Below are positions 32,234 to 41,066 of a DNA stretch of 64,000 bases, one piece after another. Within the stretch, counting starts at the first letter, position 1. Every line of letters starts with the position of its first letter. The stretch is from assembly GCA_963778545.1 (NCBI GenBank), contig CAVZUW010000009.1:82069-146068 (forward strand), in the 5' to 3' direction. Source of the DNA: an uncultured Actinomycetes bacterium. GTDB lineage: Bacteria; Actinomycetota; UBA4738; HRBIN12. The position numbers were made by a program, and so were the translations under genes. A model generated the notes under the pieces. It did not search any database. It was given only the letters and a program-made list of their open reading frames with translations, and was not told the DNA's origin.

Positions 32234-33476
32234 AGAACTCCCCCGCCTTCTCGAGCGCCGCGACCAGCGCGTCCACGTCCTCCTTCGTGTTGTACACGTA
32301 GAAGGAAGCTCGCGTCGTCGCCGGCACCCCCAGCCGCCGCATCAGGACCTGCGCGCAGTGATGGCCGGGACGCACGCACACCCCTTCCTGGTCGAGCACC
32401 TGCGCCAGGTCGTGAGGATGGATGTCCTTGTACCAGAACGAGAGGGCCCCACCGCGGAGCTCGGGATCCTTCGGGCCGAACACCGTCGCCCCCGCCGCCC
32501 CCAGGGCCTCGAGACCGTAGGCCGTCAGCTCCCGCTCGTGGCTCCGAACGTTCTCCATGCCGAGCGCCTCCAGGTACTCGATCGCCGCGGCCAGACCGAT
32601 CTCCTCGGCGATGTTCATCGTCCCGGCCTCGAACTTGTGCGGGGGCGCCTTGAACGTCGAGTGGTCGGGATAGACCTCCATGATCATCTCGCCGCCGCCC
32701 AGGAACGGATCCATCGCGTCGAGCAGCTCGAGCCGGCCGTACAGCCCGCCCGACGCCGTCGGGCCGAGCATCTTGTGGCCCGAGATCGTGAGGAAGTCCA
32801 CGCCCAGGGCGGCGACGTCCACCGGATTGTGCGGGACGAGCTGCGCGCCGTCGACCACGACGATCGCGCCCGCGGCGTGCGCGGACGCGGTCAGGCGTTC
32901 GAGGGCCGGCATCGTGCCGAGCACGTTCGACTGCCCCGTGATGGCGAGTACCTTCGTCCGATCGGTGATGAGCGCCTCGACCTTGGACGGATCGAGCGTC
33001 CCGTCGTCCTCGATCGGGACGAGCCGGGTGACCGCACCCGTCGCCTCGGCGACGAGCTGCCAGGGGACGATGTTCGAATGGTGCTCCATCTCCGTGAACA
33101 GGATCTCGTCGCCCTCGCGGAGGAACCTCCTGCCCCAGGCGTTGGCGATGAGGTTGATCGACTCGGTGGTGCCCCGCGTGAACACGACCGTCGAGGGATC
33201 CGGCGCGCCGATGAACCGCGCGAGCGTGGTCCGCGCCCCCTCGAACATCGCGGTCGCCTCCTCCGCGAGCTCGTAGACGGCGCGGTACAGGTTGGCGTTG
33301 TGGCGCTCGTAGTACTCGGTGATCGTGTCGATCACCGCGCGAGGCTTCTGACTGGTGTTCGCGCTGTCGAGGTAGACCAGGGGCTTGCCGTGGCTCGTCC
33401 GCTCCAGGATCGGGAAGTCGGCCTTGATCCGCTTGGCGTCGAGCGTCCCCGCGCCCCGCCGTTCGGTGACCGCCAT
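32223..33476 (-). CDS. sufS: SufS cysteine desulfurase (class II)
   Basis: 417 aa with YLDSANTSQKP, HHSNIVPWQ, ISGHKMLGPT and RPGHHCAQ. Confidence 0.9.
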   Translation of the reverse strand: MAVTERRGAGTLDAKRIKADFPILERTSHGKPLVYLDSANTSQKPRAVIDTITEYYERHNANLYRAVYELAEEATAMFEGARTTLARFIGAPDPSTVVFTRGTTESINLIANAWGRRFLREGDEILFTEMEHHSNIVPWQLVAEATGAVTRLVPIEDDGTLDPSKVEALITDRTKVLAITGQSNVLGTMPALERLTASAHAAGAIVVVDGAQLVPHNPVDVAALGVDFLTISGHKMLGPTASGGLYGRLELLDAMDPFLGGGEMIMEVYPDHSTFKAPPHKFEAGTMNIAEEIGLAAAIEYLEALGMENVRSHERELTAYGLEALGAAGATVFGPKDPELRGGALSFWYKDIHPHDLAQVLDQEGVCVRPGHHCAQVLMRRLGVPATTRASFYVYNTKEDVDALVAALEKAGEFFGA

Positions 33477-33486
33477 CTCGTTCCCC

Positions 33487-34263
33487 CTACCCCGTCACGA
33501 CGGGCTCACCGAGGCCGAGCTCGGTACGCACGCCCTCGTAGCCCTTCTCCTCGAGCTCGTGGGCGAGCTCCTTGCCGCCGGACTTCACGATACGCCCGTC
33601 GATCATCACGTGGACGAAGTCGGGCGTGATGTAGTTCAAGATCCGCTGGTAGTGGGTGATGAGCAGCACCCCGAGGTCCGGCCCGATCAGCTGCGCGACC
33701 CCGCTCGCCACGGACTTGAGCGAGTCGATGTCCAAGCCGGAGTCGGTCTCGTCGAGCACCGCGATCTCGGGTTCGAGGACGGCGAGCTGCAGGATCTCGT
33801 TCTTCTTCTTCTCGCCGCCCGAGAAGCCCTGGTTCACGTAGCGCTGCACCATCTCGTCCTCGACGCCGATCAGCTTCATCTTCTCCTTCATGTGCTTGCG
33901 GAACTCGAGCGCGTTGATCTCCTCGCCCTTCACGCTCTTGTAGGCGGTCCGCAGGAAGTTCACGACCGAGACGCCGGGGATCTCGACCGGGTACTGCATC
34001 GCGAGGAACAGGCCGCGCTGCGCGCGCTGGTCGGCGGTGAGCTTGGTGATGTCCTCGCCCTTGAAGAGCACCCGGCCGGCCGTCAGCTTGTAACCGGGAC
34101 GGCCCATGAGCACGTTCGCCAGCGTCGACTTGCCCGAGCCGTTCGGGCCCATCAGCGCGTGCGTCTCGCCCTGCTTCACGACGAGGTCGATCCCCTTCAG
34201 GATCGGCTTGCCCTCGACGGTCGCCTCGAGCTTCTCGATCTGCAGCGTGGCGGGTTCGGTCAT
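33487..34263 (-). CDS. sufC: SufC Fe-S cluster assembly ATPase
   Basis: 258 aa with GPNGSGKSTL, FSGGEKKKNEI and LDETDSGLD. Confidence 0.95.
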   Translation of the reverse strand: MTEPATLQIEKLEATVEGKPILKGIDLVVKQGETHALMGPNGSGKSTLANVLMGRPGYKLTAGRVLFKGEDITKLTADQRAQRGLFLAMQYPVEIPGVSVVNFLRTAYKSVKGEEINALEFRKHMKEKMKLIGVEDEMVQRYVNQGFSGGEKKKNEILQLAVLEPEIAVLDETDSGLDIDSLKSVASGVAQLIGPDLGVLLITHYQRILNYITPDFVHVMIDGRIVKSGGKELAHELEEKGYEGVRTELGLGEPVVTG

Positions 34264-34264
34264 C

Positions 34265-34591
34265 TCAGCTCTCCTCCGGTACCTCGATCAACACGTCGTC
34301 GTGCTCCACCTTGGTCGCGAACACCTCGACCGGCTGCGTGGCCGGGAGTGTCCGCGGCGCGCCCGTGTCGAGGTCGAACGTGGAGCCGTGCTTGGGACAC
34401 TCGATCGTCTGGTCCTCGACGTCGACCTCACCCTCGTCCAGGAAGTAGTGCGCGTGCGAGCAGATCGAGTCCACCACCCGGAACCCCTCCTCGCCGAGGT
34501 TCGCGACCGCGAAGGGCCGGTGGTCGAGCTCGAACCGCCGCACCTCCCCCTCGGGGACGTCGCCCACACCGCAGATCCGCACGAGGGTCAT
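34265..34591 (-). CDS. Rieske-type [2Fe-2S] ferredoxin embedded in the suf cluster
   Basis: 108 aa starting MTLVRICGVGDVPEG, with CSHAHYFL...CPKHGSTF. ATGA overlap with the sufD stop. Confidence 0.8.
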   Translation of the reverse strand: MTLVRICGVGDVPEGEVRRFELDHRPFAVANLGEEGFRVVDSICSHAHYFLDEGEVDVEDQTIECPKHGSTFDLDTGAPRTLPATQPVEVFATKVEHDDVLIEVPEES

Positions 34592-35967
34592 CGGTCGCCC
34601 CCGAACCCTCGCTTGCTCTCGGGGGCTGCGCTCGCCTGCGGCCCGGCTACGCCCCCGAACCCCCCCGCGATCTCCTGCTCGATCGCCTGCTCGAGGCCCT
34701 CGCGGATCTCGGCGATGTCGACGCGGTCGAGCACCTCGGCGAAGAAGCCGAACACGATCAGCCGCTCGGCCTCCTTCTCCGGGATGCCTCGGCTCATCAG
34801 GTAGAAGAGCTCGTCGTCGGAGACGGGCCCGACGCTCGCGGCGTGGCCGCATCGCGTGGGGTCGTTGGTCAGGATCTCCAGGTTCGGCACCGACTGCGCC
34901 CGGGCATGGTCGGACAGCAGGATGTTCCGGTTGGTCTGGTAGGCGTCGCACTGGTGCGCGCCCTGCTCGATGATCACGGTCCCGGTGTAGATCGCGTTGG
35001 ACGAATCGCGCATCGCGCCCTTGTAGAGGAGGTCGCTGGAGGTGCGGGAGCCGACGTGATCCTGGATCGAGCGGTGGTCGATGTGCTGCTCGCCGTCGCC
35101 GAAGTACACGCCGAGCATCTCGGAGCTGCCGCCGTCCTCGGCCAGCAAGGCTTCGACCTCGACGCGTGCGAGGCTCGCGCCGAACGCGACCCCGAGCGAC
35201 TTCAGGTCGGCGCCGCGGCCGATCCGGGCCCGCTGGACCGCGAGGTGCGTGACCCCGTCGCCGTACTCCTGGAGCCCGACGTAGCGCACGCGCGAGCCCG
35301 GGCCGGCGTGGATCTCGACGATCGCGTCGCTCAGGGCACGGCCGAGCGCCGGCGACCCATAGCGGTCGATCAGCGTGACCTCCGCGTTCTCGCCCGCGAC
35401 CAGGAGCGTCCGAGGGAAGACCGCCGCGTCCTCCGCGTCGATCCACGTCATCGCCTGCAGCGGCAACTCGATCTCGACGCCGGGCGGCACGTACAGGAAC
35501 GTCCCTCCCGAGCGGAACGCGGCGTGCAGGGCCGTGAACTTGGAGCGGTCGGCCGGGACGAGGGCGTGCAGGTAGGGCTCGACGAGGTCGGGGCGTTCGG
35601 CGATCGCGCGGTCCAGGTCGCCGAACCAGACGCCCTTGCCGGCGAGCGTGGGGTCGAGGTGGGTGACCATCACCTCGGAGTTCCGCTGGATCTGCAGCCC
35701 GGCGCGCTCGCCCACCTGGCCCGCGGCCGCGAGGATCTCCTCGGGCACCTGGTCCAGGTTCTCGGCGCGCCCGCCCTCGACGAACGGCCGCAGGTCGAAC
35801 CCGAAGTCCTCCAGGTCCGTATAGCGCCACTCCTCGGTCTCCTGCGACGGGATCGGCAGGGCCTCGAACGCCTCGAACGCCTGCGTGCGGGTCGCGTCGA
35901 GGAACGGAGCCAACGAGGGGAGCCTCGCGAGGGCATGCTCGTCGAACCCGGTGGTCGTGGTGGTCAC
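34588..35967 (-). CDS. sufD: SufD Fe-S cluster assembly protein
   Basis: 459 aa with EEWRYTDL, a beta-helix region, and C-terminal [29 protein letters not shown] lies 6 nt upstream of GTG 35967. Confidence 0.9.
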   Translation of the reverse strand: MTTTTTGFDEHALARLPSLAPFLDATRTQAFEAFEALPIPSQETEEWRYTDLEDFGFDLRPFVEGGRAENLDQVPEEILAAAGQVGERAGLQIQRNSEVMVTHLDPTLAGKGVWFGDLDRAIAERPDLVEPYLHALVPADRSKFTALHAAFRSGGTFLYVPPGVEIELPLQAMTWIDAEDAAVFPRTLLVAGENAEVTLIDRYGSPALGRALSDAIVEIHAGPGSRVRYVGLQEYGDGVTHLAVQRARIGRGADLKSLGVAFGASLARVEVEALLAEDGGSSEMLGVYFGDGEQHIDHRSIQDHVGSRTSSDLLYKGAMRDSSNAIYTGTVIIEQGAHQCDAYQTNRNILLSDHARAQSVPNLEILTNDPTRCGHAASVGPVSDDELFYLMSRGIPEKEAERLIVFGFFAEVLDRVDIAEIREGLEQAIEQEIAGGFGGVAGPQASAAPESKRGFGGDR

Positions 35968-35973
35968 ACCGAA

Positions 35974-35979
35974 ATCCTA
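35974..35979 (-). promoter_or_regulatory. extended -10-like box TGaTAGGAT, 6 nt before GTG of sufD
   Basis: The minus strand reads TTGATAGGATttcggtGTG. Confidence 0.4.
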
Positions 35980-35999
35980 TCAACCGGGTCGGATTCGCT

Positions 36000-36026
36000 G
36001 CCGCGGAGACGTCCCGTGGCCGCGGC
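36000..36026 (-). terminator. hairpin between yciI and sufD
   Basis: GCCGCGG-13 nt-CCGCGGC lies in the 65-nt spacer, just upstream of a TGaTAGGAT box that precedes sufD. Confidence 0.3.
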
Positions 36027-36032
36027 TCCGGA

Positions 36033-36338
36033 TCAGTCGTCGGGGAGCCAGGCGCCGACGGCCGGCCGGAAATCCAGGATCTCGATGTCCTTCCAGACAC
36101 CACCGGTGACGTACGGGTCGTCGGCGACCCACGCCTCGACCTCCTCCCGACCGGCGAAGTCCGTCAGCAGGACCGAACCCACCATGTCCCCGGCCTCGTC
36201 CAGGATCGCGCCGCCGATCAGGACCCGCCCGCGCTCCACGAACGGGGCGACCCGCTCCAGGTGCGCCGGCCGAACGGCCAGGCGTCTCGCCTTCGCCTCC
36301 GGGTCGGTTCCGTCACGTGCGACGATCGCGTACCGCAT
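36033..36338 (-). CDS. YciI-family protein
   Basis: 101 aa (MRYAIVARDGTD...RPAHLERV...GGAILDEAGDMVGSVLL...DPYVTGGVW) with a GGAGGAGGG RBS. Confidence 0.75.
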   Translation of the reverse strand: MRYAIVARDGTDPEAKARRLAVRPAHLERVAPFVERGRVLIGGAILDEAGDMVGSVLLTDFAGREEVEAWVADDPYVTGGVWKDIEILDFRPAVGAWLPDD

Positions 36339-37194
36339 CTGCGTCCCTCCTCCGTGTCGAGCCAGCTACCAGACCGACGCCTCCGGCGGGCGGCGGGGCG
36401 GGATCGGGCTCGAACGCGCCCTCGTCCGCCTCCCACTGGACCGAGCCGTCCGCGCCGTCCCGGATCTGCAGCCGGCCTTCGTCGGTCGCCACGAGGAGAC
36501 GCCCGTGCGCGTCCCAGTCCGCCCACTGCACGTGGTCGAGATGTCGCGTGAGATCGCGGGAGCGGTGCTCGTACCGGATGTCCGTCCGCTGACCGTGCAG
36601 CTCGCGGATCGCGGCGTACGTTCCGCGGACCGTGAGGCGGTCCGAGCCGCTCGCGTTCGGGCGCGGCTTCTCCATCACGATCTTGTCGCCGCGTCGCTCG
36701 TCCCAGGCGTCGTCCGCCGCCCTCGGGGGCGTGTCCGGCGTCTCGGTCCAGCCGCGTCGGCGTTCGACCGCGAAGGAGTCGGCGCGCGACAGCCGCAGCC
36801 CGTAGCGTTCGCGTACCGGCGAGAGGTCGCCCAGGTCGGGCTCGTCCACCTCGAACACCGCGCGATCCTCGACGAACTGCATCCCCCGCGTCCACGTGCT
36901 GCCGATCCCCCACGCGGCGAGCGCCGTCAGCCACGGCAGCCTCGAGATCACGATGTACGTCGGGCCGAGCTCCCACTCCGCCGAGGCCTTCAGCGCGAAG
37001 TAGGAGAACCACCGGCCGTCGGGAGACAGGTCGCATCGCTGCGGGTAGATCGTGCCGCGGAGCCAGGCGCCGGGCTCGTACGCGGGCGTCTCCAGATCCC
37101 ACCGGGACAGGTGCATCCAATCGCTCGGACCGCGCCGGATCACGGCGACGACCGGGGCGTGGAGGGCGACGATGCCGAAGATCCGCGGACCCAT
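36313..37194 (-). CDS. hypothetical protein (293 aa), no family recognised
   Basis: The C-terminal part of ORF 36313..38448 reads MGPRIFGIVALHAPVVAVIRRGPSDW...CDLSPDGRWFSYFALKA...LLVATDEGRLQIRD. Its codon style is like its neighbours. TACCAT lies 6 nt upstream of ATG 37194. The 3' end is uncertain, and a 1-nt shift would give ...PPPAEASVW stop near 36366. Confidence 0.55.
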   Translation of the reverse strand: MGPRIFGIVALHAPVVAVIRRGPSDWMHLSRWDLETPAYEPGAWLRGTIYPQRCDLSPDGRWFSYFALKASAEWELGPTYIVISRLPWLTALAAWGIGSTWTRGMQFVEDRAVFEVDEPDLGDLSPVRERYGLRLSRADSFAVERRRGWTETPDTPPRAADDAWDERRGDKIVMEKPRPNASGSDRLTVRGTYAAIRELHGQRTDIRYEHRSRDLTRHLDHVQWADWDAHGRLLVATDEGRLQIRDGADGSVQWEADEGAFEPDPAPPPAGGVGLVAGSTRRRDADAVRDRRT

Positions 37195-37200
37195 CCGGCG

Positions 37201-37206
37201 ATGGTA
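37201..37206 (-). promoter_or_regulatory. -10-like box TACCAT, 6 nt before ATG of the 293-aa hypothetical gene
   Basis: The minus strand reads TACCATcgccggATG. No RBS lies in the 47-nt spacer after sufB. Confidence 0.4.
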
Positions 37207-37241
37207 ATCGCCTGCACCTGCGGGATGCTGCCGAGATCCGG

Positions 37242-38654
37242 CTAGCCGATCGAGCCTTCCATCTGGAGCTCGACCAGGCGGTTGAGCTCGACGGCGTACT
37301 CCATCGGGAGCTCGCGCGTGATGGGCTCGATGAACCCGTTCACGATCATCGCGGAGGCCTCCGCCTCGGACAGGCCGCGGCTCATCAGGTAGAAGAGCTG
37401 GTCCTCGCCGATCCGCGAGACGCTCGCCTCGTGCCCGAGCTGCGCGGTCTCCTCCTCGACCTCGACGTACGGGTACGTGTCCGAACGCGACGCCTCGTCC
37501 AGGATCAGCGCGTCGCACCGGACGTTGGACTTGGCGTGGTGGGCTCCGGGCTCGATGCGGACGAGGCCGCGGTAGCCGGTGCGGCCGCCGCCCTTGGAGA
37601 CCGACTTCGAGGTCAGCACGCTGGTCGTGTAGGGCGCCGCGTGGATCGCCTTGCCGCCGGCGTCGGTGTGCATGCCCTTGCCGGCGTACGCCACGCTCAG
37701 CACCTCGCCGCGCGCGCCCTTGCCGAGCAGGTAGATCGACGGGTACTTCATCGTGACCTTCGAACCGATGTTGCCGTCGATCCACTCCATCACGGCGTCC
37801 TCGTAGGCCGCCGCGCGCTTGGTCACGAGGTTGTAGACGTTGGTCGACCAGTTCTGGATCGTGGTGTACCGGACGCGCGCGCCCTTCTTGGCGACGATCT
37901 CGACCACGGCCGAGTGCAGCGAGTCCGTCGTGTAGATCGGGGCCGAGCAGCCCTCGACGTAGTGCACGTAGGAGCCCTCGTCCGCGATGATCAGCGTCCG
38001 CTCGAACTGGCCCATGTTCTCGGCGTTGATCCGGAAGTAGGCCTGGAGCGGGATGTCGACCTGCACGCCCGGCGGCACGTAGATGAACGAGCCACCCGAC
38101 CACACGGCCGAGTTCAGCGCGGCGAACTTGTTGTCGTTGGGCGGGATCAGCGTCCCGAAGTACTCCTTGACCAGGTCCGGGTAGTCGCGCAGCGCCGAGT
38201 CCATGTCGGTGAACAGGACCCCGATGTCGTCGAGCTCCTTCTTGATCTTGTGGTACACGACCTCGGACTCGTACTGCGCCGAGACCCCGCCGAGGTACTT
38301 CTTCTCGGCCTCGGGGATCCCGAGCTTGTCCCACGTGCCCTTGATGTCCTCGGGCAGCTCGTCCCAGTTCTTGGCCTGCTTCTCGGTCGAGCGGATGAAG
38401 TAGTAGATGTTCTCGAAGTCGATGTCGGACAGGTCGGCGCCCCACCACGGCATCGGGCGGCGCTCGAAGTGCTTCAGCGCCTTCAGCCGGAACTTGCGCA
38501 TCCAGTCGGGCTCGGACTTCAGCGCCGAGATCTCCTCGACCACGGCGGGCGACAGCCCCCGCTTCGGCTCGAAAACGGAGTGGTCGGCGTCCTTCCAGTC
38601 GAAGCGATAGCCCTTCGAAAGCTCCTGGAGGTGCTCTTCCTGCGAGACGGCCAT
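37242..38654 (-). CDS. sufB: SufB Fe-S cluster assembly scaffold
   Basis: 470 aa with [26 protein letters not shown] and [21 protein letters not shown]. Confidence 0.95.
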   Translation of the reverse strand: MAVSQEEHLQELSKGYRFDWKDADHSVFEPKRGLSPAVVEEISALKSEPDWMRKFRLKALKHFERRPMPWWGADLSDIDFENIYYFIRSTEKQAKNWDELPEDIKGTWDKLGIPEAEKKYLGGVSAQYESEVVYHKIKKELDDIGVLFTDMDSALRDYPDLVKEYFGTLIPPNDNKFAALNSAVWSGGSFIYVPPGVQVDIPLQAYFRINAENMGQFERTLIIADEGSYVHYVEGCSAPIYTTDSLHSAVVEIVAKKGARVRYTTIQNWSTNVYNLVTKRAAAYEDAVMEWIDGNIGSKVTMKYPSIYLLGKGARGEVLSVAYAGKGMHTDAGGKAIHAAPYTTSVLTSKSVSKGGGRTGYRGLVRIEPGAHHAKSNVRCDALILDEASRSDTYPYVEVEEETAQLGHEASVSRIGEDQLFYLMSRGLSEAEASAMIVNGFIEPITRELPMEYAVELNRLVELQMEGSIG

Positions 38655-38771
38655 GACCTGCTCCCCGAAGATCAGCCGGGTGCCCCGGCCTCGTTGTCCA
38701 GGATACCTACCCGCTCCGAGCTAAGTCCACCGCGCCGGTAGGAAATGGGGGTCGGCGGGTGACGGACCGCC

Positions 38772-39194
38772 CTAGAGGTCGTCAACCGCTCCCTGGATCC
38801 GCGTCTCGAGGTCCTTCAGGGCCTCCTGGATCGACACCCAGGCGTCGTGGGCCTCGGCCTTCGCCTCGCCGGTCGCCGCCTCGGCCTGCCTGGCGGAGGG
38901 CCTCGGCCTTGACCAGGAGGTCCTGGTACGTCTCGCGTGCCTGGTCGCCCGTCTGATCGGCCGCATCTGCCACGTCAGCCTGCAGCTCCTCGATGCCCGA
39001 TCGCACCTGTTCGTAGGCCGAGCGGGTCGCGCCGCTGATGGCGTCTCCCGCATCGGACAACGCCTGCGGGCGGCGTCGACGCCCTGCGCGACCTCGTCCT
39101 GGATCTGCCCGCCGATCTGGTCGGCCTGCTCGCAGGCACTCGCGCCGAGCGTCAGCCCGACGGCGACCACCAGCGACACCCCGATCCGTCTCAC
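38772..39194 (-). CDS. small lipoprotein with helical Ala/Glu/Gln-rich repeats, two frame breaks (~39065 and ~38895)
   Basis: A lipobox signal MRRIGVSLVVAVGLTLGASAC is followed by EQADQIGGQIQDEVAQGVDAA. The middle part ALSDAGDAISGATRSAYEQVRSGIEELQADVADAADQTGDQARETYQDLLVKAEAL lies in the ORF 38782 frame. The tail AEAATGEAKAEAHDAWVSIQEALKDLETRIQGAVDDL returns to the first frame. Confidence 0.5.
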   Translation of the reverse strand: MRRIGVSLVVAVGLTLGASACEQADQIGGQIQDEVAQGVDAARRRCPMRETPSAARPARPTNRCDRASRSCRLTWQMRPIRRATRHARRTRTSWSRPRPSARQAEAATGEAKAEAHDAWVSIQEALKDLETRIQGAVDDL

Positions 39195-39221
39195 ATCCGC
39201 CTCTTTACCCGATCTGGGCCG

Positions 39222-41066
39222 ATGAGCACCGCACGGTGGATGCCCTCGGTGCGTAGGGGCTGGCTAACGCCACGGCCCCGAACGGCCGACAAGTGGGTCA
39301 TGGGCCTCGGACGGGTCCCTTCGCTGCCCTTCCTCCTGCGTCAGGTGCGGGTGGGCATCGTCGCCACGGTTCTGACCGTGGTGGCGCTCGCCGTGTCCTA
39401 CTTCGGGCTCGATCCCGGTCCGTTCGATCGGGCCGGGCTCGCGTCGGTGCTCGTCATCGCGGCGGTGGGCGGCGCCGTGATCGCCGCGCTTCCCTGGCCC
39501 CGGCTGTTCGAGACCACGGGCATGCGGTTCCTGTACGTCTGGTCCGTCGCCGACATCGTGCTGATCTCGTTCGCGGTCGCGACGACCGGCGGGGGCCGAT
39601 CCGACCTGTTCCTGCTCTACACGCTCACGACGTTGTTCTTCGTCGCCTCCTATCCCCCGATCGCCCAGATCGCGTTGCTGATCTTCACCGCCGCGAGCTA
39701 CTCGATCGTCCTGGTCATCACGGGTTGGGAGATCACCACGGGCGCGTTGGTCGCGCGCCTGTCGATCCTCGCCGTCCTCGCGTACCTCGCCGGCTATCTC
39801 AGCAAGGAGCTGCTCAGCCGCGTGCAGGCGGAGGCCGCGGCGCGTCAGGAGGCCGACGATCGCGCAGGCCTCATGTCCGGCGTGGTCAAGGCCGGCCGGG
39901 ATATGACGCTGGACCCGAGCCAGGTCGTCGAGGTGGCACTCGAAGGTGTCGCGGGGCTGGGGTTCGGGGACGCGGCATTCGTCGCGCTGCACGAGGACGG
40001 ATCCGTGTCGCACATGGTCGCCGCCCGAGGGCGTTTCGATGCGGACGGATCCGCGCCGCCGGACGTGATCGATCTCGTCGTGGCACAGGGCGAGACCGTG
40101 TCCATCGACCGGAGCGAGGACGACGGTCGAGGCGGCACCGACGGCTTGATCGGCAGCCCCGTCTGGGTCGGCGGGTGGATGGCGGCCGTGCTGGTCGGGC
40201 AGACCCGCGGCGAACGCACGATCGCTCGTCATCGGGTGGAGGCCTTCGAGCTCCTCGCGACCAGTGCCGGGCTCGCGCTCGAGAACGCGGGTCGGTACGA
40301 GGAGCAGCGACAGACGGTCGAGCGGCTGGAGGAAACCGAGCGGCTGAAGTCCGACTTCCTCACTTCCGTGTCCCACGAGCTCAGGACCCCGCTCACATCG
40401 ATCCTCGGCAACGCCCTCACGCTCGAGCGGTCGTGGCAGCAGCTGGACGACGCCACCCGTGAGGAGCTGATCGCGAGCCTGTCCAATCGGGCCAAGGAGC
40501 TGGAAGAGAAGGTCACCGAGCTGGTCGACGTCTCGGGTTCGGACAGCGCGACCCGAGGAGGGTTCCGCGCGCTCGACCTGTCGAGGCTCCTGACCGCGAC
40601 GGCCGAGCAGCTGCGCGATCCCCTCTCGAAGCATCGGTTCGTGGTGGACGTTCGCCCGGGGCTCGAGACGCTCGGTGATGGCGTCCTCCTGTCCCAAGCG
40701 GTGCGGAACCTGCTCGACAACGCCGCAACCCACACGCCCGCCGGGACCACGGTCACCCTGCTCGCCGATCTGGAGGAGCCGGAGGAGGTCGTCGTCACGG
40801 TGCGCGACGACGGACCCGGGATCGCCGCCGCGGACCTCCCGTACCTCGGCGCTCGGTTCTTCCGGGGTGGGGACCTCAACGTCCGGCCGAAGGGGCTGGG
40901 CCTCGGTCTGGCGCTCGCGAGCTCGGCGCTGGAGCTGCACGGCGCCGTCCTGGAGGTCGAGAGCGACGAGGGGCGTGGGGCGACGTTCACGTTCCGCTTG
41001 CGGGCGCTGCAGCGCCCGCAGGCCCGCGTCGGTGGCAACGGCGAGGTGAGCCATGGGCGCTCCTGA
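39222..41066 (+). CDS. membrane sensor histidine kinase with GAF-like domain
   Basis: The protein has about 5 TM helices and a GAF-like region, then HisKA LKSDFLTSVSHELRTPLTSI and HATPase LLDNAATHTP...DDGPGI...GLGLGLAL. The start is uncertain (ATG 39222 or ATG 39300). Confidence 0.85.
   Translation: MSTARWMPSVRRGWLTPRPRTADKWVMGLGRVPSLPFLLRQVRVGIVATVLTVVALAVSYFGLDPGPFDRAGLASVLVIAAVGGAVIAALPWPRLFETTGMRFLYVWSVADIVLISFAVATTGGGRSDLFLLYTLTTLFFVASYPPIAQIALLIFTAASYSIVLVITGWEITTGALVARLSILAVLAYLAGYLSKELLSRVQAEAAARQEADDRAGLMSGVVKAGRDMTLDPSQVVEVALEGVAGLGFGDAAFVALHEDGSVSHMVAARGRFDADGSAPPDVIDLVVAQGETVSIDRSEDDGRGGTDGLIGSPVWVGGWMAAVLVGQTRGERTIARHRVEAFELLATSAGLALENAGRYEEQRQTVERLEETERLKSDFLTSVSHELRTPLTSILGNALTLERSWQQLDDATREELIASLSNRAKELEEKVTELVDVSGSDSATRGGFRALDLSRLLTATAEQLRDPLSKHRFVVDVRPGLETLGDGVLLSQAVRNLLDNAATHTPAGTTVTLLADLEEPEEVVVTVRDDGPGIAAADLPYLGARFFRGGDLNVRPKGLGLGLALASSALELHGAVLEVESDEGRGATFTFRLRALQRPQARVGGNGEVSHGRS

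Noticed and set aside
33385-37245. 1286-aa ORF on the plus strand
   Set aside because: It lies opposite sufC, Rieske, sufD, yciI and the hypothetical gene. The minus-strand products are textbook Suf proteins, and the plus-strand product is low-complexity.
38655-39221. Looked for a SufR-type ArsR/HTH repressor upstream of sufB
   Set aside because: The only gene there is a lipoprotein with helical repeats. No HTH-containing ORF appears in any frame.
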